This document shows, in pieces, positions 27,601-39,915 of a DNA stretch of 64,000 nucleotides. Each line of letters begins with the position of its first letter. Within the stretch, counting starts at the first letter, position 1. The notes under the pieces are model-generated. The model was given only the letters and a program-made list of their open reading frames with translations, did not search any database and was not told where the DNA came from. Where the stretch lies: contig NOWV01000174.1 in the NCBI GenBank assembly GCA_003344405.1, forward strand, positions 62,001-126,000, given 5' to 3'. Made by a program: the position numbers and the translations under genes. The stretch is from Trichoplax sp. H2 (Eukaryota).

Positions 27601-30600
27601 CTTAATTTAGTTGAGTATTATTAACTTTAACATAAAAACCTCTTCATATTAATAGGGCCAGTTGTTAAATCTTGCATCTTGTTGGTTTCTTGAATTAAGA
27701 AATCATGCATGAGATCATGAGCAAATTCCATTTCAGCTTCTGACGGTTTGTGCCAATCAATCACTACATCTCGACGATCATAACATTTTGCCCAATCCTG
27801 CCACGTTTTCGAGATAATGAAAGTAAAAGCCCATACATTACAGAATTAACTGAATGAATAAATTGTAGTAATCTCACTTTAATAATCACTTACTTTAAGA
27901 TAGTTATATTGTGAAGGAGAATCATTAGCCATAGATCTATCACCGGGATATACAGCGGTTAAAGATTCCAATAAGGAACTAAAACCCTAAGTAGAATTGA
28001 GGAATAAAAAGTAATAAAGTGACGTATTCCCGATTATTTCTATTGGTAAAGTAATGGTATTGTACCTGACATGTAAAATTTGATGCCGTCTTAGATTTCA
28101 AGTGTATTGACATAGAGATAACTTTATAAATATGATCCTTATATTGAATGATATATCGGCCATCAGCTGTCATTAACTAGGTTTAGTATATAAATAGCAA
28201 ATAATTAATTAGAGTTTAAAAATAAACTAGCTAAAACGTGATGAGCATGCTGAGGCTCGAAAGACAGTAATTGTACAACGTACTTTACTAAAAACCAGTA
28301 AATACCAGATAAGTCCACTCTCCACTTGCTCTTCATCTACAAAATCGTCAGCTGAAATCAATATATATGCGATTAGTTATGAGAATATAAGTTAAGATAC
28401 ATAGCTTTATACTCAATTTTATGGGCTATTATATCTCATTGTATTACTTTCTATAATTTCAAGAATATTTCTTGAGTAATACGGTAGAAAAAGTTTTAAA
28501 GTCATTTCAGGTTGTGCCTGGTACAAAAAAAAATGATGCATTTTAAAATATATTTTTTCAATGAAATTAAGCTGAATATTTGGAGTAGTATATATGCGCT
28601 ATTAGAATATCAATTTATGAACAATGCATAAAGAGTAAAAAGAGTACTAGTAAAAACAGTTGGAATATGACATACATTAGCAGCAGCTGAAACAATTGCA
28701 CAACATATATGACCAGCTATGGTATCACCAAGAATATGGCCTCTGACAAATCCAAATAACTTCTTAATAACTACCTAAAATTTTGAATTAATTATATTAG
28801 TTAATAATTAAATTTTCTACAGAAAAACTCGATCTTTTCTAAGATAAGAAATTTACCATAGCCAACGTTCTTGAGGACTGACTTAATATTGTCATGAATA
28901 CCCTATAAAAACCTTCAGCAAATTGCCTGTCTTCATTATTAAATGAGGATTCACCATCAATAGTATTGTACGACTTTAAACTTTCGACGTTTGAGCTATT
29001 TTCAATCATCTCGAAACACCTATGTACAATACAGTTTGATATATAAAGGGATTAAGCTTTAGACGTAAAGTTCGTATGCTGCAATATTTATCATAAGGTC
29101 AATACCTGTCTATGAACTGGATCAAAATATCTTCAAATCTAGCTGTTAACGAGCACAGCTCCTTTTCTTCCTATTGATATCAACACAAACTACGTTATTG
29201 TTGAACCGAAATCAAAATATTTCTGAGTTTGCAGTCAAAACAGAACCTCTGTAAGAGCCTCTTCACTAGCCAACATAGAACAATCCACAATAGGAATCAA
29301 ACCAAAGGCGGCCATGTAGAATATTAATGTCGTCTGTAACGAATTATTATTAATTCTTTAGTCAATAGATTATAACATCAATATAAAAATATCAGATTTT
29401 TATAAGCTTCTATTCTAGATAATTTACGATAATAAATTTACAGAAGTCTTTAAAGAATCATTTAGATCGATTCCAGGAAGGGCTAATTCCAATAATTTCA
29501 TCAAATATGATGGTCCGGAAGGAAATCGAATTTCTTTATCATCAATTGTTCTACCAGCACTGGCAAGTGGTCGTGATACAAAAGCTGCACATACCATGGT
29601 TGCAATCACTTGGTGTGGTTCAGTCAGCGTAGTTAAACTAGCAAACGTCCTACAGAATGTGGTGATATTAATTGAAATTGTACAATGCAACTATTTTAGC
29701 ACCTTTCTGAATGATATATCGTACAAAGAATTTAATACCAATAAATTTTCTACGTTCTATCATACCGATCTAAAAGAGGCGGCAGCATAATTTCAGGTCT
29801 TAAAATGGATAAATTCTGGATTATCAGAGCAACTTCATCGCTCAAGTGTTTAGTAAATAAAAGTAACATCGCTATTGGTCTAATATTCTCAACAAAAGTA
29901 GTAATATCATCGTCAGTTATATGGTATTCTTTTGGAATTTTGGGTACCCAAGTCTTTTTCGGTTTTCGTTCCCTGAATTAAGAAATTCATTGATAAATCA
30001 TTATCTTACAATGTACTATTTCAGAAATGAATTGTCTTCTACAGTATGAATTTATAAAAGAATTCACTTACAATCGTAGGCGGTAGATGAACGCTGATGT
30101 CAAGCTACCGAGAAAATTTTGAATTTTCCCCTGTAAAATTATAAGTAAAAATTACATTTGTTTCTTAATATGCTTATTAAAGATATATATATAAAAAACA
30201 GGGCTACATACCACCCAAGCGCCAACATTTGAAGGGTGACAAAAATTTTCAATCGCTCGTAACAGTTGATTAAGATAAAATTGGACCTTGCATTCTTTGT
30301 CACCCTATCATAGTATTAATGAATCTGCTTTTAGTATGATTTATTTATTTTCCAATATACTGTGGAACAAGAAAGAACGGTTTAATTCTTTTAGAACAAA
30401 TATCAATATAATAGTAATCAATGTAGTATTACCATCATGTTAATAATCCATTCAGCGCATAAATTTGCTTTATACATAGCATTTTTAGATCGTGGGACTT
30501 GACGCTTACCCACAGGAAGATTGAAACTATTAAGGATTCGTTGAAATATCTACAATTGTTTATGATTGGATTTATTGTTAAATCTTGTAGTTTGTTACAC

Positions 30601-33053
30601 TTACTCTATTTTGCAATTAGTTATAACTGAATACATTCAAGATATATGCACAATATTAGCATCTTCATAAGGTAATCAAAAGAAACCGGAAGTAACCTTT
30701 GCTAAGTATGGCTCCCAATGCACATATCCAATATTTTCTTTCGCTAATCGAACAAATAAGTACACCAGATTCTATAAATTAATTACAGTAATATCATCAA
30801 ATTAAATGATGTCGTACTGCAATATATGTTGCAATACTGTACGATAAATGGTAATAGAAATTGTAAAATTTACGAAGGTATTCAATACAAACCGCTTCCC
30901 AAGATGGAGAATTTAAACAGCTTATATATAAATTCATTAATTCATCAAACCACAACCTTGGATTATTTTCAATCAGTGTTAGCATTGAATAAAGAAATGA
31001 CATAATATTATCCAAAAATACTGATATAGTTTACTAGCAAAGTATGACCAATATTATTAACTGCCGTACTTAAAGCCTTGGTTGTGCTCATGAGGGAGTA
31101 AAGCTGTCGGTAAAAAGCTACAAAAGTAACTAGTAGCTTTCAGCATTATTGATGTATCGAACGGATACATCATTGGTCTCCACTCCTGTAGCATTTCTTC
31201 GGTTGCAGACGCAGTAAAATAGCTAGTATATAATTGAATTGAAAGCGTTGAAAGTAGTTAATTTAAATCTATTCAACGAATATTAGAAACCATACAATTC
31301 ATCATAAAATATTTACAAAATCCAATAAAAATAACAGCAATGGCATCAACTTACGTTCTTGTTGCCAGCATTAGTCTAAATATTACCGGTTTGCAACAAC
31401 TACAAAATATTCAAAAGTTTAATTTTTAGAATGGCATTTAGTGTTGCCAATAATGGCAGGATCAAGCATGCCCAAGTACGGATTAAATATGTGTACTCAT
31501 GTATTCTAAGGTGGCTTATACGTATAATAGTACTTACGATTTGATCTTTTTGAGTCGTATGGTATTATTTTCATAATTGGTATAATAGACTTCATGATAT
31601 AAACGATATAGAGGCTTCCATTCTAGCTGTAAATCATCCCTAGATAATAATTTCTTTTTGCTAATGGAAAAATAAATTCAACTATCTTAATAGTGCTGTA
31701 TGCCTATTTATTATTGTAATGCAATCAAATAAGTGATAACTTATAAACTATCAGATAACGAATGTCATTTACTGAAAGTTGTACGAAATTTACTAATGAT
31801 ATGTAAGTCAGCATAGTTATTTTATTGATGTACTATCGTTGATATGTACTTGTTATGTACCTATTTATTATCCTAAATCAACCAAAGAAGTGATAAGTTA
31901 TAAACTATCAGACAACAAATATCATTTATAAAAAGTAGTGTAGCATTTTACGACTGATACGTAAGTCAATATAGTCTTTCAGTGATGTAGCATCGTTGAC
32001 GTCTACTCATTGCATGCCTATTTATTGTAGTAATCCAATCAAATAAGTGATAACTTATGAGCTATCACATTATGAATATCCTATGCAGAAAGTTGTATCC
32101 AATTTTGCTAATTATACGCAAGTCAATATAGCTATTCATTGATGTACTACCGTTGATGTCTATCGATATACAGTAAGATCGAAAGAAGAGCTACAGGAAA
32201 ATTATGATTAATTGAATAGTATCATAATTATTTAACAAGTATAATAATGATAATTTACCTTAACAAGGAAATGAGCACACATCCAAATTGTTGTACAAGC
32301 AAAGGAGGCAGATCAGGAATTGTTAATAATTTGTAGAGTAATTGGACGAGTTTGATATGGTCATCCTTACTAAAGCGTCGGCCATAAGCATGGATGTAGC
32401 TAAAATACGATTGAATAACATTGAAGTATGTCCATATGAGTGTTGACTTTCATTGATATAGTCTAATGATTTTATGACATCAATAGGAAAGTATTATCAT
32501 GATTGGTAAAGAGAATTGCTTTCATCATCATAACTAGTGTAATCTAACATGAGCAATTCCTTCATTGGTAGGAGTCATATCGACAGTGTCAATCTTACTC
32601 CGGATGAACATTTATATACGACACTGCTATCTTGTATGTACTGTACGGTATAACATACGAATTGCCTGTAGCAGTATATTATTACTGTACTGATTTACTC
32701 CTAGTACTATACAGATGAAATCATCTTTCTGCATTCGTGTGAAGTTCGATCAACTTGTCGATGTAGGCAAATGGCTGGAAAGGAATTAAAAGTATCCAAT
32801 CCTTAGTTTAATCTGTTATCGATGACAATACATACTTATCTAATTGAATGGACCAATGCATTGCTCCAGGTCTTAATTCACCATTCTCAACAGCCAAGGC
32901 TAAATTATGTTTGATTTTTTGGAATAATTGCTGGCTATTTGCTTCGATTTCTTCATAATATGGCAGCAATTGGTTATAATTTAAACTCTCCTGTTGGAAA
33001 TTGACAACGTCACTATTGCGTTGCATCTTTGGCTTAGTGCTGTTGTCATCCAT
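21643..33053 (-). CDS. PSME4: Proteasome activator complex subunit 4 (PA200/Blm10), multi-exon
   Basis: N-terminal YNQLLPYY...[16 protein letters not shown]. Internal [17 protein letters not shown]-terminal [28 protein letters not shown] and [37 protein letters not shown], with the terminal YYA (HbYX) motif typical of PA200/Blm10. Stop at 21643-21645. Confidence 0.95.
31700..32165. repeat. Degenerate tandem repeat, about 157-bp unit x3, in a PSME4 intron
   Basis: CCTATTTATT...AAGTGATAA(C/G)TTAT...CTATCA...GTAAGTCA...GATGTA...CGTTGA recurs at 31703, 31860 and 32017. Confidence 0.9.
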
Positions 33054-33254
33054 AACGATCTGACGTTGACTTATCCTACACTGCTGCCAAGTCTATACGC
33101 TCGCGTAGACTCGAAGAGGTCCGACTGGATTATCGATTGAATTCAGTCCAACAATTTACTAACTGGGTAACTTTCAATGAAAGCGTCAAATTGCTTGCTA
33201 GGATAGGCAAAGTGAAGAATGAAAGAGCGACAAGATGGAAATATTGCAAGTGAT

Positions 33255-34470
33255 TACTAAGTACACTGTAGTGATTGCTTACGGCAATGCAAGTTGATGA
33301 GCGTCTGCGTAAAAGCGGTAATCAAAGTACTGTACAAGTGTGTACACTGTACAGTACGGTTTACAGTACGCGTCATTGAGGGTGTCACCTAGTGTCACCC
33401 AAGAGTTAACAACTTCATGAACTCAATGGCGTCACCCTCTCAGCCACTATGTGAGGTGCTGACTGTGCCGTACACTGAGCTGTCTGAGCGGATAGTACAG
33501 TACAGTACTACTGTACAGTATTGACGCAACAATCGTTCTGTACAGTACAGTACTGTACTGTACACTGTACATGTACTGTACGTACATGTACAGTACAGTG
33601 TACAGTACTGGAGTTTACGGTACAGTAGCCGCACCCCGGGTGGATGGGATTAACCAAAAAGAAAACCATCGCAGAATTGGTAGTCTAGTACTGTTAGTAA
33701 TGGACTGTCGATCTGTCGTAGACCAGCGGGTGTACACGATGCTCTTCTTCTTCAACAATACGCAGTCATAATGATGGTGATATTGTATTTGTGTTATTTT
33801 AAAACTCGACCATTTTCAAGCCAGCATGTTGTGCGGACGGCTCAATTAATTTATTAAATATTGTAGCCCCCGTTGCATAAACCACCTGCACCACCTAACA
33901 AATAACGTCATAATAAGCCGTAATCATAAACGATTATATCGAGGATTTGTAGAAAAAGTTTCATTCTGAACTCGGACCGTAAATAGACGAACAAATCAAT
34001 TCAAAATTGCAACCACCCTTGCGTAAATCCACCTGCACCACCCAACACATAACGTAATAACAAGTCGGAATCAGAAGCGATTATATCTAGGCTTTGTAGA
34101 AAATTTTGATTTTCAATTCGGACTGTAAATAGATGGACAAATCATTTTGGCACTGTACTGAAGTTCAGACCATAGAGACATAAGACAAAAATCTTATTCT
34201 TACATTTCTACGGATCAGACTGACAGCAAACCACCGTAAATTTAAATAAATAAATAAATAATTGAAGTCCCTGCTAGCAGTCTATCTATGATTTGTGTTA
34301 CGCAGAGTTTTGCAGTTCCTGTGTCACACTTATTGTGTTACGTGTACAGTGTACACTGTACAGTGTACAGTACTGCTGTACTGTACAATGAGCGTACCGC
34401 ACCGTACCGGACCGGTCAGCACTTGATCTGCATCTGCTTCTCCACCGCGAGTCTAGACTGTATAGTCTAT
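33255..34470. promoter_or_regulatory. Divergent promoter region PSME4/NDUFAF5 with TACAG/CTGTA palindromic arrays
   Basis: Head-to-head genes (ATGs at 33053 on minus and 34997 on plus). Dense TACAG/CTGTA tracts at ~33320-33710 and ~34340-34390, including a perfect 26-bp palindrome TGTACAGTACAGTACTGTACTGTACA at 33539-33564. Confidence 0.65.
33868..34145. repeat. Degenerate tandem duplication, 147-bp period x2
   Basis: CCACCTGCACCACC.AACA.ATAACGT.ATAA.AAG...CGATTATATC.AGG.TTTGTAGAAAA...TCGGAC.GTAAATAGA..ACAAATCA starts at 33882 and again at 34029. Confidence 0.9.
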
Positions 34471-34996
34471 AATGGACTATCGCCTTGAGAGCCTTATTTG
34501 CCCAGTCAATCGTCTTTACAACCGTACGGTAAGGTTCAGGACTTGTACTCCAGTGAGTGAGTCAACTGTAGGAAAGGTCAACTTCAAAAGGACGTAACGT
34601 GTTACAAATCAACTCAGCCCTCAACCCTTCGTACCACTCGGCGGTTGCTACGTTACTTGCAAATTTGTTTTGCCCAAGTTGAAGCATCGTGTCGAAAAGA
34701 GAGAGACAAAAATCAAAAATCAGCTTATGAAAGGCCTTTTACTTCATTCTTTCAGCTGTAGTTATCGAGAAGAGCTAAAACAGCAGCCAATGTAGGTCAC
34801 CTAGCATCTCAATTTGCTGGCCCCTGTTGGAGATGCGATGCTTTTACCTGTACGAGTTTACCAAGTTGCAAGTTCTCTTTTGATTCCAATTTTTTTGGCA
34901 CATGGTGTGGTCAGATCGTTGAGTTTATTAACTTGAAGAAATCGAAAAAATTGACTCCTTAACTGAGCTTAGTTAGGTGAAGTTTGCCACACTTTA

Positions 34997-37277
34997 ATGG
35001 CTTATAGAATTGGTTATTGCAGCTTGGCCGCAACCAAGCGTTTTCTGCAGACAAAGTCTTCTTTACAACATGTTCGATACTTTACCATCTCGCATAGGAG
35101 ATGGAACGATATGCCTTTAAATCAGTCAATGAACGTTTTCGATCGTTCGACAAAGTTAGCTCAGCGAGATCGAGCTGCAAAGGCAATCAATTTTTCGGAT
35201 TACGATTATCTTCGAGAGGAGGTTGGTGAAATGACAATTTTCTTTCTCAGATTTTTTTTTCTCATACTAGACCTCTGAGTGCATGTGTAGCATGCGACCA
35301 TACGACAAATTTTAATTGTAAAGTGTTACTAGCCCTCCTTAACGATGCATCTTCTGACTAATTATAATAGTGTAGTACTGTGTATTTTTATATACGATAG
35401 AATAGTTGTTATACTAGCGTACTGTTAAATGTAACTTCTTTACTCTATTATTAAGGTTGCCGATCGCATCGCTGATAGGAGCTTTGATATTAAAAGGTAA
35501 CTTCTGAAATACACATATTGCCTTTCAAGCATTTTGACAAAATATGCAAAGCCTTAGTCTTTACTATATGTCCGCGTATTAACAACATTCATGTTAAATT
35601 GTCAAACTTGATTGGGAATTTCTCTTAAAATTCTCTGACTATATCGTCGGTCATTAGATAGATCGCTGCCACAGAAAATTTGATGTACTAAGCAGTGTAT
35701 AGGCACGACATAAAACTGTATTAGATACATCTAAGTTAGGATAGTGTTTTGGTTTATTTTTAAGTAAAGCTAGTATTAAATGGATGCTTTGATAAATTTG
35801 TCAACTCTTTCTTTTTCAATGGAATTCCTAGATTCTTTCCAGTGGCTGTCGATCTAGGATGTGGAAGGGGCTATATTGGCAAGTATCTTGACAAGGTATT
35901 TAAAACCTGGCTATTCCATGAACTTGTTGCTAATCAAATAGCTTATTGATAAATGCAAACTTGTTATACTAGGAAGTAATAGGAACCTTAGTACAATGTG
36001 ATCATTCCAAGGAATCCTTAAAGATCGCACAAATGCGAGCTGCATCTTTTGAGGTTCCAGCTATCTCAGTTATCGCCGATGAGGAATTCATTCCTTTCCC
36101 CGACCATTCTGTAGATCTATTATTTAGTAGCTTAAGTTTACATTGGGTGAATGATCTACCCGGAACTTTTGCCCAGGCAAGTAAAATATCATAGCTTATC
36201 GTCTTCCTTGCAGCGAATTTTCAAAGGCACTCTACTATTTTAGGATAAGCATCGTAGTAAAGTACATTATAATTGATGTGTAATAATTTGAGTTCCTGCA
36301 ATTACTTGTATTTAGATTTTGGCATGCTTAAAGAATGATGGTGCCTTTATTGGAGCAATGTTTGGCGGCGATACTCTTTATGAACTACGTTGTTCTTTGC
36401 AATTGGCAGAGATCGAACGTAAAGGAGGCTTCGCTCCTCGCGTTTCGCCTTTTGCAGACGTGAGAGATGTAGGCAATTTACTAACACGTGCAGGGTATAC
36501 TCTTACAACAATTGACCTGGATGATATTATAGTCAATTATCCATCAATGTTCGAGCTACTCGATGACTTGAAAGGTATTCAACGTCCGCATGTATACTTT
36601 TAGTTAATTAACCTTAACACAATGATTTTGATTTGGCTCCTTAGAGCTCTCTTATGATCAATCAATTTTAAGAGAGTCAAGCTGCAGCCATAAACTGAAA
36701 AACTTTCTCTTTTACACTGCCAATGCTTTTTATTGTAGCTAAGGTAGCATGCCCGTGGAAAGGACAATTACTTTGTTTAGCTCAGTTGCAGTATAATATT
36801 TTGCTTCCTTATTACACTGCAGTATACTGACTATCATTACTCTTAACCGGTGGCCTATGAGCACAGTACATGAGCACATATATGTGCGGTTGCATTCTAT
36901 AGTCGCATCTCAACAAAAATTTCATTTTATGCTTATAACAGGTATGGGTGAAAGTAATGCCGCCTGGTCTAGAACAAACATCCTTCATCGAGATACAATG
37001 ATGGCGGCTGCATCCATTTACAAAGCAATGTATGGAAATGATGACGGTTCGGTACCGGCCACTTTTCGAGTCATTTCATGGATTGCTTGGAAACCCGATA
37101 AGTCTCAGGTAACTTCATTACGAAATTGCATAGTAATAATGATAGTTAAGAGATCCTTACATATTCATTACAATTATTTCAAATCTGGTCTTATTGCAGA
37201 CTCAGCCAGCTGAGCGAGGATCCGCTACAATATCAATGAAAGATTTAAGTGCTTCAGATTCGAGGAAAGGCAGTTAG
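34997..37277 (+). CDS. NDUFAF5: Mitochondrial arginine hydroxylase / complex I assembly factor NDUFAF5 (SAM-dependent methyltransferase fold)
   Basis: Presequence-like N-terminus; [46 protein letters not shown]...[97 protein letters not shown]. Stop TAG at 37275-37277. Confidence 0.96.
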
Positions 37278-37730
37278 GCTTATCATTGTTTATTAACTAT
37301 CATTTGCATCTCAAACAGATATCTACTAAATCTGCTACTGCGCTAAGCCAGTAACAGCAATAGGCTTATTTTCTTTGCAATGCTTAAAAGTCTAATTCCT
37401 GGATAATCCGCTAAGATTGTGCTTACGGATTTGTTACAAAATTTCAGACAATATTCTTGATGTGATTGATATTGCTGCAAAATAATGATTTGTATAAATA
37501 TTTATTTGTATAGTAGACTTTTATCAAGTTTAAAAGGGATTTTAATAAGCTGTAATGTACTTTTGAGACAATTAAGTTATTTGTTGATCATCCTTATTTA
37601 CGAGATAGTTTGATTCCCATTACTGCCATGTGAATGTAATCTCCCTGGCAATTCCCGTTCTTATTAAAATAAAGGAAATATGCGATTACTGATATAGTCT
37701 TTATCAATATTTAAAATTTACGTAACATTT

Positions 37731-38072
37731 TGTCACGGACTACTCTCCTGACAAGGGATGAAGTAAAGTATTCTGTTCCTCTAAGTTGCTTCTGTCAACC
37801 ACTATTTTACTTTCCGCCTAGAACTTCCCTTCTAGACTGTAGTTACACAGATAAATTTCATAACGTCGAGCTACTTTTACTTTATTTCGACTAATTCGAA
37901 CAACGCAATGTACTCGTAAAAGACTACAGAAATCATCTACTAACGAACAATATTCGTAGTCACAAGTTAAATCATAAAAGTTTAGTCGACCCAGCTTATA
38001 TTGGTAGAAATCTATCAAGACACAAATACTTAATTTCTACTGTATCATTCATGGTGTAGTTGTACCGTGACA
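37731..38072 (-). mobile_element. Solo-LTR-like insertion (342 bp) between the 3' ends of NDUFAF5 and the DTD paralog
   Basis: TGTCACGG...CCGTGACA inverted termini, exact 5-bp TSD CATTT (37726-37730 and 38073-38077), and minus-strand AATAAA at 37881-37886. Confidence 0.82.
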
Positions 38073-38106
38073 CATTTCAATAACTAGTAAACGACAATAT
38101 GCCCCA

Positions 38107-39915
38107 CTAACTATTTTTTGACGGAGATTCTAGTTGGTAAATCACATATCCATCATTTTGGACGCAATATTCCGTATAAGCATCGAATAACCCATCTAAA
38201 GCCAGAAATATGCATAGCTAGTAAAATTTTACTAACAAAACGAGAAAGAAAACTCCCGTATTTTGGTGCCTTATATTCGGTTACCTTTAATTGCTCCAGG
38301 TTTATATGACGATCTTAATCGATAAATAGATTTTTGGTATAGCTTTTTTGACGAATCTGCAGACATAGATTTTCGAAAATCTAACACATTCGTTTTTAAT
38401 GCCCCATGCAACGTTATCTATAAGACAAGAGAATATAGATATTTACTTTGGCCATTCGATCAATAAATGACAACTATATTATGGTACCGTGTATGGGCTT
38501 TTAACCCTATGCATGAACTACTAAAAATTTAGTAATCCGTGCCCTATACTAACCACAATCAACATTTAAATTAGTAAAACACATAGCTCTATATTACATA
38601 CTATCACTGTATTCTGCATTCCCAAATACATTACTACCGTAATTAGCTGATATTATTACACATGGTACAGCAAATTAATCAAAATGCATTATATAAATGG
38701 TTTGCAAAAAACTTTACTGTGCATTGATATAACTACGCTACGATAGCCATTACTCCAGTATAAAATATTATCACACCTGACTTATACATAGTATTTCTAA
38801 ATCTTTTTTCACTATATTCTTTACACAACGTTTCTGTCCGTTTTCAATTAGACGTAGTTTTAAAACTTTTCTGGACCTACACATAGAGTACGCTATCATT
38901 AAATACTTTAGTGTCTAAAATTATAAGATTAAAAACAGCTTGATATTGCTGGCAATAAAAAGTAAAACATTTGCTGTTGACTTTATAAATACTTTATCCT
39001 ATGTCTAACATGTAACTGATATCCTTATCTGTATTATCTTTCGATATGCTAATTATTAGATAGAGCTCTCGGCCCATTGAGTTGATCAGTTTACCGTCAA
39101 CTAGAAGAGAATTTAGTTAAAATTCGGTATATGATTAAACAGATATGCTATGAAGGACTGTATTAAATAAACGCAGTAAGTATACTCCGTGTATACATTT
39201 TACGTATGATTTAGTTTTTATTAGGCTGTACAGAAGTAAGGAACACATCATTTTGATAGTAGACGGGTGCTACTTGCCATATTTATGTGAAAATGCTTAA
39301 TTCACAGTTACGGATATGATAACTTTAATTTTATTTTTTTAATTATATAAGGCAGACGAAATTATTTTGCGTTAGTAACTTAGCTGTGCTACAACTACCC
39401 TTGTGATACAGAAGTAAATAAAATGACTATATTAATTTTAGGATATCTATATGGCTACTTTCTTAGCAAGCTTGAACTTTTATCCTCGGAATCGTCATAA
39501 GTCTGATGCAAGTAATGTATATACACCAAGTAGTATCACGCATAGCCTAAATTTAATGCCAGCTGGCTAAGTTATATATCCTATTGATCAACATAAACAA
39601 ATTTCCTGCTCCACAAATATATTTCGATCGTAAAATTACTATTGATATTGAACTATCAAAGTAAGAGTTGAAAGTAAGCCATCTTTCAAACTCTGATACT
39701 ATATTTTAACTACCAATTTGAGACATACAGTTAGCATGCTATATTGCTATGGAAATCACTTTACTTGTAGCGTATGTTTACTAGTGAGGTGTTTCAACAT
39801 TATAATAATTAATGAAAAAAATTTTATGACTATGACAAGCAATAAGTAATCTCCTTTTACTTCACAACTTACCTGTAGCACTGGCACATGTGACACGCTT
39901 GATTAATATTTTCAT
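38107..39915 (-). CDS. Divergent DTD1 paralog (151 aa) with intact frame but altered catalytic motifs; exons 39915-39873, 39100-39010, 38876-38777, 38417-38285, 38195-38107
   Basis: Spliced: MKILIKRVTCASATVDGKLINSMGRELYLIISISKDNTDKDISYMSRKVLKLRLIENGQKRCVKNIVKKDLEILCISQITLHGALKTNVLDFRKSMSADSSKKLYQKSIYRLRSSYKPGAIKDGLFDAYTEYCVQNDGYVIYQLESPSKNS*. Exon sizes (43/91/100/133/89) are identical to the neighbouring DTD1 and all introns are GT-AG. Confidence 0.85.

Noticed and set aside
31700-32165. Regularly spaced repeats as a CRISPR array (also 55797-56060)
   Set aside because: Whole units are homologous with no unique spacers, there are no cas genes, and the context is eukaryotic intron or promoter.
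33371-33465. Short inverted repeats (CGTCATTGAG/CTCAATGGCG, GAGGGTG/CACCCTC) as a tRNA or other ncRNA
   Set aside because: No cloverleaf, A/B boxes or snoRNA boxes; the stems are short and mutually exclusive.
33440-33771. ORFs rich in Y/C/T/V/S/Q (also 34288-34488, 43403-43836, 57096-57361, 62499-62861, 63163-63387)
   Set aside because: TACAG/CTGTA repeats contain no stop codon in any frame, so they produce spurious overlapping ORFs on both strands.
38118-38309. Plus-strand ORFs 38118-38309 and 42422-42688
   Set aside because: Antisense shadows of the DTD exons on the minus strand.
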